Positions 25,726-36,565 of a DNA stretch of 64,000 nucleotides are shown in pieces; position 1 is the first letter of the stretch, and each line of letters opens with the position of its first letter. Made by a program: the position numbers and the translations under genes. The stretch lies in assembly GCF_040938485.1 (NCBI RefSeq), contig NW_027272190.1, forward strand, positions 558,001-622,000, in the 5' to 3' direction. The notes beneath the pieces were generated by a model. The model saw only the letters and a program-made list of their open reading frames with translations. It was not told the DNA's origin and did no database searches. The DNA is from Diadema antillarum (taxonomy: Eukaryota).

Positions 25726-25989
25726 CAATTCAATTTCCCCAAAACAACAGCAAAACACTCTCTTACAAAAACTATCAAAAGAATTCATCATACATATTTC
25801 GAAGCCGTTAAAGTTTGACTATTTGACTATGAAAAATAAACATTGGGACTCTTAAGCAATTACTTGACAAAAACGCGAACTTTGATGTTTGTTCTATTTC
25901 AGGGCAACGTCTTTATACTTGATGTGGACTCAATAGGGCACCTGTAAAACGTTCAAGCATTAACCTTTTATCAACTAGTGTTATTACTT

Positions 25990-26026
<37 letters not shown>

Positions 26027-27776
26027 GGACCGAGGGAATACCTGGTTTCAGCCACGACTGTCAAACATCACACAGATTTAAATTTTTCTTTGTACCCTCA
26101 CCCCCGCAGGATAAATCATGCATTGTTATAATTTTTTCTTCACTTCATAATAACGAAAAGTGAAGTTCTGTCTGAATAAAGCGATTAAAAAGATACGAAA
26201 AGGCAAAAACAATTTCACGTCAAATGAGAAAATATCCAATCTATGCAGCAACGCCTACAGAAAACTCAGGTATACTAGTCTTCTAAAATTATCTAATTAC
26301 ATATCACCGTGCGTATGACGTTATAAAACATGCTGAAACGTGGGCACGTGTGTAAATATGACCCTGAGTTTTATTGAATGTGATAACCTCCGCTTCAATA
26401 AAGATAATGACGAGCGATGTACAGGTACACAGAGTTCAAAAAGTATAGTTCAATGATTTTATTTTCTGTTCCTCAGCCAGCTGTGCTTGGGATTGTTCTC
26501 TGAAAATGCCCAAATTACACTCAATGAATAATTTATGCAATGTATTTTGTAAAACTGGGAATAAATGTTAAGATATTGCACACAGAATGCTGAAAAAAGG
26601 GGGCATCTTTGATTTAAAGTAGAATATTGCCTGCATTTATTCTAGGTATGATATCATACGTGACTGTTATCTTCATAATTGTTATATCACAACAATTCTA
26701 GGTCAACATATACATTTGCCTTCGTTTGAACCAAACAATCAATGAACGCCAATGTTATTCTGATGAAATTAATATTCCGTCATCAATCAAAAAGAAGGCT
26801 GTAAAATTCGTTATTGCCCGGACATGGAATAAAATGATATAACAATAGTAATATAGAGAATTTTACAAAATATTATGTAGCATTTGTGGGTATACCTTCT
26901 GAGTATCTTGAGGATAATATCTTACCCTCCCCATCTCTCCCTTTACCAGAAGGAATTACTTTGAGTATACTCTTTCGTTATGCCATCTGAGAAAATTGGA
27001 ATACCATGCTCCATTAACTAAGTTTATTTATCATTCGTTTAATTCTCTATTTTTCATTGACTTCGGATTACACTGTTACCTGACTTGTAAGAAAGTTTTA
27101 GAGAGTTTTTAATAAAAAGGCAGTAGCATAACTTTTCTGCACCCACACATACACAGACACACATACATTCACTAAAGCATAGAAATCACATACTTTGCAT
27201 GCATGCATTGTTAGATTCTCATCCAACTTTGACTGCATTCTCGTATTATCATAGGTCCTATTTTACGCCCGGGTTATACTTCCCCTCAATATGGCGTTGT
27301 CGTAATGGTGGCACGGAAGAAAGATGAGAAGGTGACGTTCACCTTTTCAACGATTTTTTTTAAAACAAATTTTAATTCCTGTATTTCAAGCTTCCATATT
27401 TGATATCACTCGACCTACCGCACACCAGTGATCCATCGAGACGTTTAGAAACACTGATATCACGAACGACCAAGAGTTCAAGAAACTGACGGTGCAGACG
27501 AGAGTGAATACGCGCCATTGGTAGGGCCCCATTTCTCCGATCTCCTTCAAGATGTCGTCGAAGCTCTTCATTGTGATACCACTGATTCCTTCCTTTTCAA
27601 AAAGAATGCTAAAATCACGTTGATTTTCGAAGTCGAACTATCGTTCTTACCACAAAAGTGCAATAGCCTCGGCAGATTGTGACGGCACTTTTACTAACAA
27701 TGGTTATGATGGAACCACCGCAATGCAGTAGTCTTTGAACGTTCTAGGTATATTGCCGTCACGTCACGAAGGGAAG

Positions 27777-27783
27777 TTTTATA
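27777..27783 (-). promoter_or_regulatory. Candidate TATA box (TATAAAA) ~210 bp upstream of the SLC22 copy A ATG
   Basis: Same motif at the same spacing in copy B (50528-50534); no transcript evidence. Confidence 0.35.
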
Positions 27784-28001
27784 GTCAGAATAGAACAACA
27801 AACCAGTTTAGTCTAAAACAGGTGGATAAACATGCATCATGATATAATGATAAGACTTTTATAATATCTGTTCAGTCTTCGGGTTGATTGAGGGATACAC
27901 CCACTGTCCTCATTTTCAACGAACCTATCTTGATCAGGCAATGTGATTTGATACAGATATTCCCTGATCAGGGCGATGTGGGTGAGACTATCTGATGACT
28001 A

Positions 28002-28263
28002 TGTGGCCCGCAAAAAACAAAAGGATCCTAAAGTCGCTGACGGGTGAGCCGAGAAAATCGAGTTTGAAGTGAGATCACCAAAATCTGTCAAAACGTTTGG
28101 ATTTCTGTTTTTAACATAATTTTGTAGTCTAATGTATCTTCTATCATCTGCCGAAATTTCGAAGCTAAACGATCAAAGGAAAGGCCAGAAAATAGCATTT
28201 TTCTGGGCCATGATTGGCTCGCCCGTCAGCGACTCTAGGATCCTTTTGTTGTAGCGGGTCACC
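28002..28263. mobile_element. 262-bp MITE with ~48-bp imperfect TIR and TA TSD
   Basis: tgtggcccgc..aaaaggatcctaaagtcgctgacgggtgagcc versus ggctcgcccgtcagcgactctaggatcctttt..gcgggtcacc; TA on both sides. Confidence 0.8.
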
Positions 28264-28304
28264 TATGATAGAAGTGATGATTTCATCGTCTAACGCGTCT
28301 CGAA

Positions 28305-29120
28305 CCTTGCCAAAGCTCAGAAGACTTTTATTCATGCAGGTCCTAAATTCTAGAACTCCCTTCCCATGGATTAAAAAATGCACCTTCATTGAATTACTTC
28401 AAAAAGAGATTGAAAATGTTTCTTTTGAAGTTTTATAATGTAACCGAATGAATTTGATTTTGTAATGTATTTCGTAAGCACGACATTGTCTTCTCTTCTT
28501 TCACTATAGGCTGCGTTCTCTTGAGGCATAGATAATTTTCATTGCGTGCTAGTATTCCATACGTGCTCTCGTCCCCATGCACAGTTGCAATCTCTTCCGC
28601 TGGAAAGCAGCTCGACAATGTATCACTTTCGAAGACGCTTGGCTAATTTTCTCTGTGGGCTTTTGTCCTTGGTGATTGCATCAAAATTGTTTAGGCTTTT
28701 CTTTCTCTCCCCCCCCCCTCTCTCTCTCCCTCTTTTCCCTGTTTTTTGTTCCCTCTTTTCACACTTTTGCTTTTTTTTTCTCTCTATTCCCGACTTTCCC
28801 AGTTTCCCGCACTCTTTGTAGTTGTAAGCTTTTCACCCCCTTATTTCCCCCTTTCCCTCAGAGGTACCCACATGATACAAGCCTAGTCTTTTGATTGGGT
28901 ACCTCCATTTTTTTTTTTCGCAGAGTGTATGTAGAATGTATGTATTGTAATGTATTGTATGTATTTTTGTACTGATCATGTAGACATGAACATGTTGTTA
29001 ATCCTGTCTGGTTACGTATATTTTGTTACTCCCATGTCAAACTCATAATATTGTTTCTTGTACATTCTGTTGGAAAGAAAAAGTGAAAATAAAGTTTGAA
29101 TTTGAATTGAATTGAATTGA
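28305..29120 (+). mobile_element. 5'-truncated LINE 3' end(s) (CR1/L2/Crack group) with (TTGAA)n tail
   Basis: Decayed ORF2 C-terminal motif NSLPMD.KNAPSLNYFKKRLKMFLL at ~28350-28430, a second weaker one at ~28590-28660, then AATAAA plus TTGAA repeats; absent from the FBXO47 intron of unit 1. Confidence 0.75.
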
Positions 29121-30458
29121 AATAAACAAATGAATATACTGAACATTTTTAAACAAACGTAAAGATTTGTTGTCAATACACTGACATAGTAATGATGGGT
29201 TGATGCTCAAACCAAAGGTCGTTATTAATGTACAGAGCCAAAATAATCAAACGTTTCAATCCAACGTTTGATCAAAAAAAAAGAAAGAAAGAAGAAGATG
29301 ACGAAAATATAAATTTCATTAAAAGCGTGTTTAAAATTAAAATTCAAACTATACTTTACAGTAGCTCTGTCGTGACAGAGTTTACCTTCAAATATGATTT
29401 TAGTTTGTCCAACACAATAATAGATATTATGATGATCATTCGGCCATAAATAACGTGTTCGAAAGTTTGTAATTTCACTATAAACAGACACTATAGTTAG
29501 CCTATTATATAGAACATAATTATGTTGAACACAAAACATAAAGTTACCCTGTAAGAGTATGACCTCATAATGTACCCCTGCTTGTTGATACTGATATCTC
29601 ACCTTAGATACCAAGAACCGACGTTTCTCAATCATGTCAATACTATGCTATATTTGTGGATTTATATAAACAATAAACATAATATATTCAGTATTTTATT
29701 ATACCAACTTAATGTTAACATTAGGCTGAAATTTTCATTTGAAAACAGCCAGCTCTAGGGGGTAGTAACATACTCTAAAAAGCACACGCTTTTCTGGCAT
29801 TCAAGACACAACGCCCTCTGTTGACCACATGACATGTTTAACAACAACACCCAAAATAAAAAATCTTGCTTATGACGTAAACTACTAGTTCACAAAATAT
29901 TCATGAGGATTGATTCATAACAAAAAATCGACAGAATTACTTATCAGAAGAAATCGTACAGATAAATTTGCAGCATTGATGACAAATTCGTTTAACATGA
30001 CATTCTGGGACAGTGATTTTTTTTATCTATTTATTTATTCCTGTTCACAGGGTGGATAGCCCTTTCAGCACAAGACTGATTTTCAAAGGGGTCCACGTAA
30101 AAATACAAATATTTACAGGGTAAAACAATAAATACGAATTACATAAATAACTGTATACAACAAAACAAACGAATGAAAATAAAAGTACATATACTCAACA
30201 TATGAACATCTTCATTCTTTCTTTCTTTTTTATTTATTCATTCATATAATTTGCTATTTATTATTTATTCATTTATTTCTACAAACGTAGAAATGCATGC
30301 TAAATTCAAAATTCTCACAATAACTCGATGTGTGTGTCTATGTACGTATTCAGCTATATATTTATCTATTTGTTTATTCATGTAATTAGTATTACAACCA
30401 TAGAAAGGCACGCTAAAATGACGATTCCTTCCTGTAGAGTGTCAACGCGATAACTTAA

Positions 30459-30492
<34 letters not shown>

Positions 30493-31315
30493 TCTCGCTT
30501 GCATTCCTCCTTTCAAAGGCCGCATGATCATGTTCGAGGACGCTGTCAGCGCCTTTAAGACTGAAGAATAACTACCAACAATCTCGGAATGCTGACCTTT
30601 TGACGATGCTCTGAAAAGAGCAAACATTGCCAATTCTGCCTTGCTTTGAAATGGATGAGATATCATCCAAGTCCTGGTTATTGACAACAGCAGATTGGAC
30701 TTGGCGTTTTCAACATGGATATCAAGTTTTGAGTAGAGTTGATGACCATTTTGGCAATATCTAGGTTAAGTTGGAACGTCGCACCAATTCCGCTGTAAAT
30801 GACAGTAATAGTTTGCTTTATGTTTGCCAAAGAAGCGACCCTTATTTGATGACTATCACGCAGTTTGTGTGGTGATGAACTGCCTGTCATAAGTTTCCTT
30901 TTTAAGAATGCAATGAGATATTGTATGAAAGCCCTACGGTAGTCAAGTAGTGGATATGATCAACGCCAAGTAGTGTTACTCTGGAGACTTTTGAGTGAAA
31001 CATGTTTTTGTCTATGTTATTTCTTCTTTGATCTGGCTGACCTAACTTCTCTTTTTGATCTTGATATTCAAGATCAGTGGCGAAACATGAAGGACATCTC
31101 CCTACGATGTCGAACAGATATAAAAAATGTTTTCTATAGCGTGGTAGATATTAACCAAAACAGTCTTACAATGATACGATTTGGGGAAAGCTCTCGTTGA
31201 GTGTCACATCAACACCATCGGCGATGTGTAAAACACGATGTGGCAGAGCTCCATCCACCTTCCAAGAGAATGTATGGGGTTTGTCGGAAACTAACCTTAG
31301 CTTTGATATGCTCAT

Positions 31316-31369
<54 letters not shown>

Positions 31370-31760
31370 ACTATCAAAGGCTATACTCTCGTCGCCTAAG
31401 TCAAATTTTGCACTACGTTTAATATGGCTTTGTTAAATCGAGTGATTTGTCTAACAAACTCGTGAAGGTTTGTATATGTCACAAGTCATGGTGTAAGGTT
31501 TCATGCGTTTTCCATACGTACGCGATGTTTCAGAAGACACAATCACATTTGCCAAATATAATACCCTTTATATGCCTGCCCTGCAATGTTTGGGATCTTT
31601 ATCATATATTGTATATCATACATATATATATATATATATATACATTTATACATTATGATATACGTATTTATATACATATTTGTTTAATGAATTCAATAAG
31701 AAATAGCTGTATCCTTTAAATCCAAGCAAAGATAAGCTATACTGCTGGTGTACTTGCAGC

Positions 31761-31791
<31 letters not shown>

Positions 31792-32880
31792 TAAAAAAAA
31801 AAAAGAATTTTCTTGCTCATCTCAAGCGCGGAGTCGGCCCAGAATAGAATTGATAATACTGGTGCAATATGTATGTTGCCAGCATGATGCTCCATGTCTA
31901 GACGCTCAGGTCGGTGTGTATCACACGGCAGATTTACTAAGTGGTTTTACATATTAAAAAAAAAAAAAAATGGGCACACTGCTTTATGTTAGCCATTAAA
32001 AAATTCAGACTAGTTAAGCTGCTGTTGATATAACCAATTCACCATACTGAAACAAGTGGATAAGTCGTTCACTAGTTTAACTATAGTGTTAATAAGATGT
32101 ATATAAATGAAAAGACAGGACAGGAAATCGAAAGTCTCAAAATGAATGACAAATAGAAGAATTAATGTATGATGTATCTTTATAGATTGGAATCTTATTT
32201 AGATAAGTTACAGTCTCCTGAAAACGAATAGCATTCTAACTCAGTTTGGGACAGAATTCCTTGGACATGTATATTGATGTTATGTATTGCTATGACATAG
32301 AATATGATTTGTGAACTAGAACAATGTAGGGTTTTTGTTATGAAGAGGTTTGCACTTGAAGTACAGTCTGTATACATTTACGCTGCAGATCCATATTTCG
32401 TGATTAACTTGCAATATGTAGCGGGTAGAAGTATGATCTATTGAGACAATCGTTTTTTATATGAAAGCAAAATACCTATATTTAGATTCTATTTATCTGT
32501 AATAAAGGGTACTTCTATTTTGTCGTTTTATTTTGACATTGTCATGATGTATCGAGAACGTTTGTAGTCAGACTATTAAGTCAAGAAAGGAGACATGCCT
32601 TAAGAAGTGTACTGACTTGGAGTTTTAATGTCACAGGCAAACAACTTTCAGTTCATGGTTAAGAGAACTGAAAGCCAAATTACTTTTTTGTTTTCTACAC
32701 TTTACATCAAATTTCATTGGTCAGTGTATAAAGGGAAGCAGTAAATGAGTTTCCATAAAAACAAACAAACAAATAAACAAGTAAAAAAAAACCCAACAAC
32801 CAAAAGCCTATGGAAACTAAACACCTTTTTAAGCTCAATAACATCATTTTCCCAAGTTTTTTTTTACGACAACATGTTCG

Positions 32881-32927
<47 letters not shown>

Positions 32928-35391
32928 GAAGAAAATATAACAGGAGGAAACGTGTTCTACTTAAAGATTCGGACGTCTGTTGCCTGTAAGATTATTTCGT
33001 TTCATTACTTTTTTTTCAATTCAAACAAAAATACGAACAGTGTATACATGTATACAATTATTATCAACAGTATATAATCAATATATCGATATAAATTTAA
33101 CAAACCATTGTTATGTCCTTGTCATAAAAAAACACGTGATTTTGGACTGTCAATTCTATACGCATCCGCGGCATACGTGACAAAACAGCAACAACCAAAA
33201 CACACACACACTACAAAGACAAAAACAAAAACGGAAATAGAACTGTAACAAACAAGAGACAAGACAACAGAAAAAAAAGAGAATCGTCACGTATTCCATT
33301 CGCGTTAGAATTGTGTGCGTACATGCTTATAACCTTATACTTATCTAAAATTAATGTGTATACTTTACATTAACTCACAATCAAGATTTTAGCAACATAC
33401 ATTGATGGAAATGCACATTGGCACGACTGGAGTAGAAATAGCTGTATTTGTTATCTTTTTTTAAAAGGGAAAAACACTTCACAATTCATATTCCACTGTT
33501 GAAATAGTACAGAGCATACCATTGTAAAATAAATTAAAATTGGCTTTGAATGGCCGGGATATTTGAAAATGAAATAAAAGAAATCGATCCTGATAAAAAG
33601 TGAATGCCACCTTTCATTAGGATTGCTGAGTTTGCGATCTCAACCATTTCAAAACGAATTTTCATCAAATAAACGTTAAATCACTTTTAAAATTACATGC
33701 TCTATCGTATTTCATACGAGGTTTCTCATCTGACAAAAGGGTTACAAACCTGAATATACTAGTCGATGTTACTACGTTCGTGCACTAATTTTCAGCATTT
33801 ATAAAGATTTTCATCTCATTTTGGGTATGTCTGTGGGAGTATGTGTAAGTTTTGTGACTTTGATCATTTAGCTGAATAATTAGATACTCGTATTTACCAT
33901 AAAATTAATGTCATTATCGCTATTTCTCAGTGTTTACTTTTAAACGCATCGTCGGCACATTCAGCAGGATATTTCACAAGCGTACGTCCACGCAATTTGT
34001 AAGTACAATAAATTGTATTCGTATATTCTAATTTGGACGAAACTTCAGCAAAAAAACTTCAACAAACAATATTAATTGGATATAATATTATGGAGAGCAT
34101 GCAAGTACACTTCTCTTATATGTTTATGACGTGCTTATACTACGTTTTTAAGCATGGCGGAGGAATATCCCTACACTGTAGACTTCCGGAATAACGAAGT
34201 CTCGGGACCAGCAATTTTCTTTTGTTATATCGAATTTTCTTTATAACCGAATAAATTAACAATAAGAAAAATCAAAAAGCCGATAATTTTGCGACTCAGA
34301 TTTTTATTTCCTTGTAACCGGAAATTTGTTATAACCGTGATATCAAATAAACGGGAATGCACTGTAGTTCCATAGCGATATTTCTATTTTTAAACAATTT
34401 CGAACACTCAGTAGGCCTATAATAACTGAATGCCATTTTTTTTTTAACATACTCGAAACACTATCGGGCTGGCAAATAAACGTTGCTTTAGGATGTAATG
34501 CAGGCAGAAATACTACAAATAGGACCAAAGTAGTTATTTGGTGCGTCCACGCGATAGAAAACAAATTCCCTCCCACTTAGCCGAGTTACAGTGCCGAGCT
34601 TTGGCGAGTTGTGGCGAGTTGCCTCAAAGGGGCACTCGCGATAACTCGGGTAAAGCTCTTCATGTAACTCGTTATAACTCGCGACAACTCGCGAAACTCG
34701 TAGTGAATGTGCAAAACTCCCCGTGAACTCGCGAGTGGTTCAACGATTTTTGAACATGTTCAAAATTGTTTCATAACTCGAAGTAACTCGTGCTGAACTT
34801 TTTTTAAATTCGTAATATACTCGTACTACTCTAAACAAACTCTCAATACTCGGACGAAGCTCGCGATGAACTCTTCGTAACTCGCTACCTTCCAGTATAT
34901 ACGCGAGTTCTGCTCGAGTTTTGAAAAGTGCGATACGAGCACTACGACCCTACTACTATGTGGAAGGAGAGTTGCCCTCGAGATAAGCGTGAGTTTAGAT
35001 CAAGCTCTGCGACTTGACAACGAGTGATGTATTCGCTTATTGTGAGTGCATTGCACTGACCAATCAATATGAAATTATTCAAATGTTCCCAGCGTTTTCA
35101 TGACAAGAGACATTCATTCAACCCTACACGCAAGTGCACGTGCACAAAAATGGCCATTGCCATTACAATTCTAGAACTACGTAACAATTAAGACAAAAAA
35201 AAAAAAAAACATGCCTCGGCTCAAGAAATCCAAGAAAAAAACCTGAGAAGGAAACGGAGATCAATCAAGCAATGGAAGAAGAAGAAGTAGAAGAGCAGGA
35301 AGAGACAGTAGAAAGAGAAGAGATCATCCGTGATGGGCTACAGAGGCAGTCAGAAGACCAAGCCTCTGAACAATTAGACCCAAAGGACCAG

Positions 35392-35798
35392 AGCCCCATT
35401 TCGTACTCTCTAAAAAAAAATCGAGTGAATTTAGAGTGAAATTGGAGTAAATTTTGAGTGAAAATTTTCATTTTCATTTTAGAGTGACCTCAGAGATCAC
35501 TCCAAAATATTCGAGTGATGCCTGAGGTCACTCCAAAACGAGTAAAAATGAATATTTTCACTCAAAATTCACTCCAATTTCACTCCGTCTCTCTTTTTTG
35601 TATTCACTCCTTCAAGAGTGTATATTTTCACTCCATATTTTTTAGAGAGTAGAAGATGTTGGGATATAGCAACTCTTGCTGGAATGGCAACTTCCAATAG
35701 CAGCAGTCAATCAGGAAACTGGATTCTTCCCGTTTCCATGACGATTGTCATTCCAACAAGACTTACTATCGTATAAACTTGTTTTATGAAATGGGGTC
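35392..35798. mobile_element. Harbinger-like MITE (TSD CAG), itself interrupted by a TA-MITE
   Basis: After removing 35406-35651 it aligns with 57568-57728; CAG at 35389-91 and 35799-801. Confidence 0.8.
35406..35649. mobile_element. 244-bp near-palindromic foldback MITE, TA TSD (CTCTCTAAAA..TTTTAGAGAG)
   Basis: TA at 35404-05 and 35650-51; long internal inverted arms (gagtgaaattggagt / actccaatttcactc). Confidence 0.85.
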
Positions 35799-35801
35799 CA
35801 G

Positions 35802-35947
35802 GGGCCCATTTCATAAAACTTGTCATCAGTGACAACTGCCACATTTCTATGACAAATTTGCTCTCAACCATTCAGCTGCATGGATTTCAGTAGCTTGTCA
35901 TATCTATGACAACTTGTCACTGATGACAAGTTTTAAGAAACAGGCCC
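35802..35947. mobile_element. 146-bp Harbinger-like MITE (TIR GGGCC..TTTC.TAAAACTTGTCATCAGTGACAA, TSD CAG)
   Basis: Long TIR; CAG at 35799-801 and 35948-950. Confidence 0.82.
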
Positions 35948-36369
35948 CAGGTCCCAATAGAAGAACATGGGAGGAAAGACCCCTCTGGAGTCCAAGCAAA
36001 CCGAACATTAGAGACTGCGTGAACTCATAACGGGCTCGTAACGGGATCGTAACTAGCTCTTTATATTGCAATCGATGAAAGCTCGGTTTAAGTCGTACAC
36101 AGGTCATCACAACTCACACCGAGATCGGTATGACTCGTATCACGCTCGGATCACTCATACATCTATCGTAGGAAATTAGATGTTGCCTCGCAGATGACTC
36201 ATGCGCAGCTCATTAAAATTGACAAATTTCACTCGAGTTCTCGCGAGTTCTCGCGAGTTCAAGCTTGCGCAGTTCGGCACAACTCGAGACCCCAACCGGG
36301 CTAAGTGGGACCCTTGCTTAGGAGAATAAGTTCTCCGTCCGCTGCCAGACTCGTAATCCTATACTCTGT

Positions 36370-36565
36370 CTAGAGGCGCGTAGATTCCTTCCCACCGTCA
36401 GTACATTCGTCCAACCCGATATCATCCTCCTTGTCATCGAAACCAACGTTGACTGCCCCTCGTTCCATGCCCACAACTCCTCCGTGATGGCCGGTCTCAG
36501 GTGTGGTTTCGTCCTTTGGAGGCCCAGTCTTCTCTCTTCTCTTCTCTGACCCATTGTGGGTGTTG
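36370..36565 (-). CDS. SLC22 copy B exon 11 (acidic cytoplasmic tail ending ESTRL*)
   Basis: aattcag acceptor; 196 nt; TAG at 36372-36370; same length and same STRL* end in copy A. Confidence 0.85.

Larger units (their letters stand above)
9807..27571 (-). pseudogene. SLC22A: SLC22 organic cation/anion transporter copy A, probable pseudogene. Exons: 27571-27419, 22806-22473, 21072-20969, (20144)-20033 truncated, 18646-18478, 17822-17684, 16722-16631, 12038-11829, 11173-11065, 10632-10423, 10002-9807
   Basis: Same 11-exon layout as copy B, but exon 2 is 334 nt versus 270 (64-nt frameshifting insertion), exon 4 lacks its acceptor and first 43 nt, and exon 8 is 210 nt versus 209 (+1 T at 12029-12031). 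The symbol is family-level only. Confidence 0.85.
5041..27946. repeat. Unit 1 of ~23-kb tandem segmental duplication
   Basis: Collinear with 27961-50696 through the FBXO47 last exon, 3' region, intergenic DNA, all SLC22 exons and introns, and ~375 bp upstream of the SLC22 ATG. Confidence 0.92.
27961..30571 (+). pseudogene. FBXO47: Duplicated FBXO47 3' fragment: last 21 nt of the penultimate exon (27961-27981) and a shortened terminal exon (30519-30571)
   Basis: Matches 5041-5061 and 5623-5744. The terminal exon reads GRMIMFEDAVSAFKTEE*, with a 69-nt internal deletion. No upstream exons are present. Confidence 0.88.
34571..36310. mobile_element. 1.74-kb internally deleted DNA transposon (TIR TCCCACTTAGCC, 3-bp flanking repeat CCC, many inverted AACTCG/CGAGTT subterminal motifs), possibly PIF/Harbinger, with nested MITEs
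   Basis: Perfect 12-bp TIR; absent at the paralogous site (~9755-9765); superfamily assignment is inference. Confidence 0.8.

Noticed and set aside
25469-25855. ORFs spanning the N run
   Set aside because: Artefacts of the assembly gap.
34600-36300. Regularly recurring AACTCG/CGAGTT words suggesting a CRISPR-like or satellite array
   Set aside because: There is no fixed repeat-spacer period, the words are inverted at the two ends of a TIR element, and the context is eukaryotic. They are best read as subterminal transposase-binding motifs.
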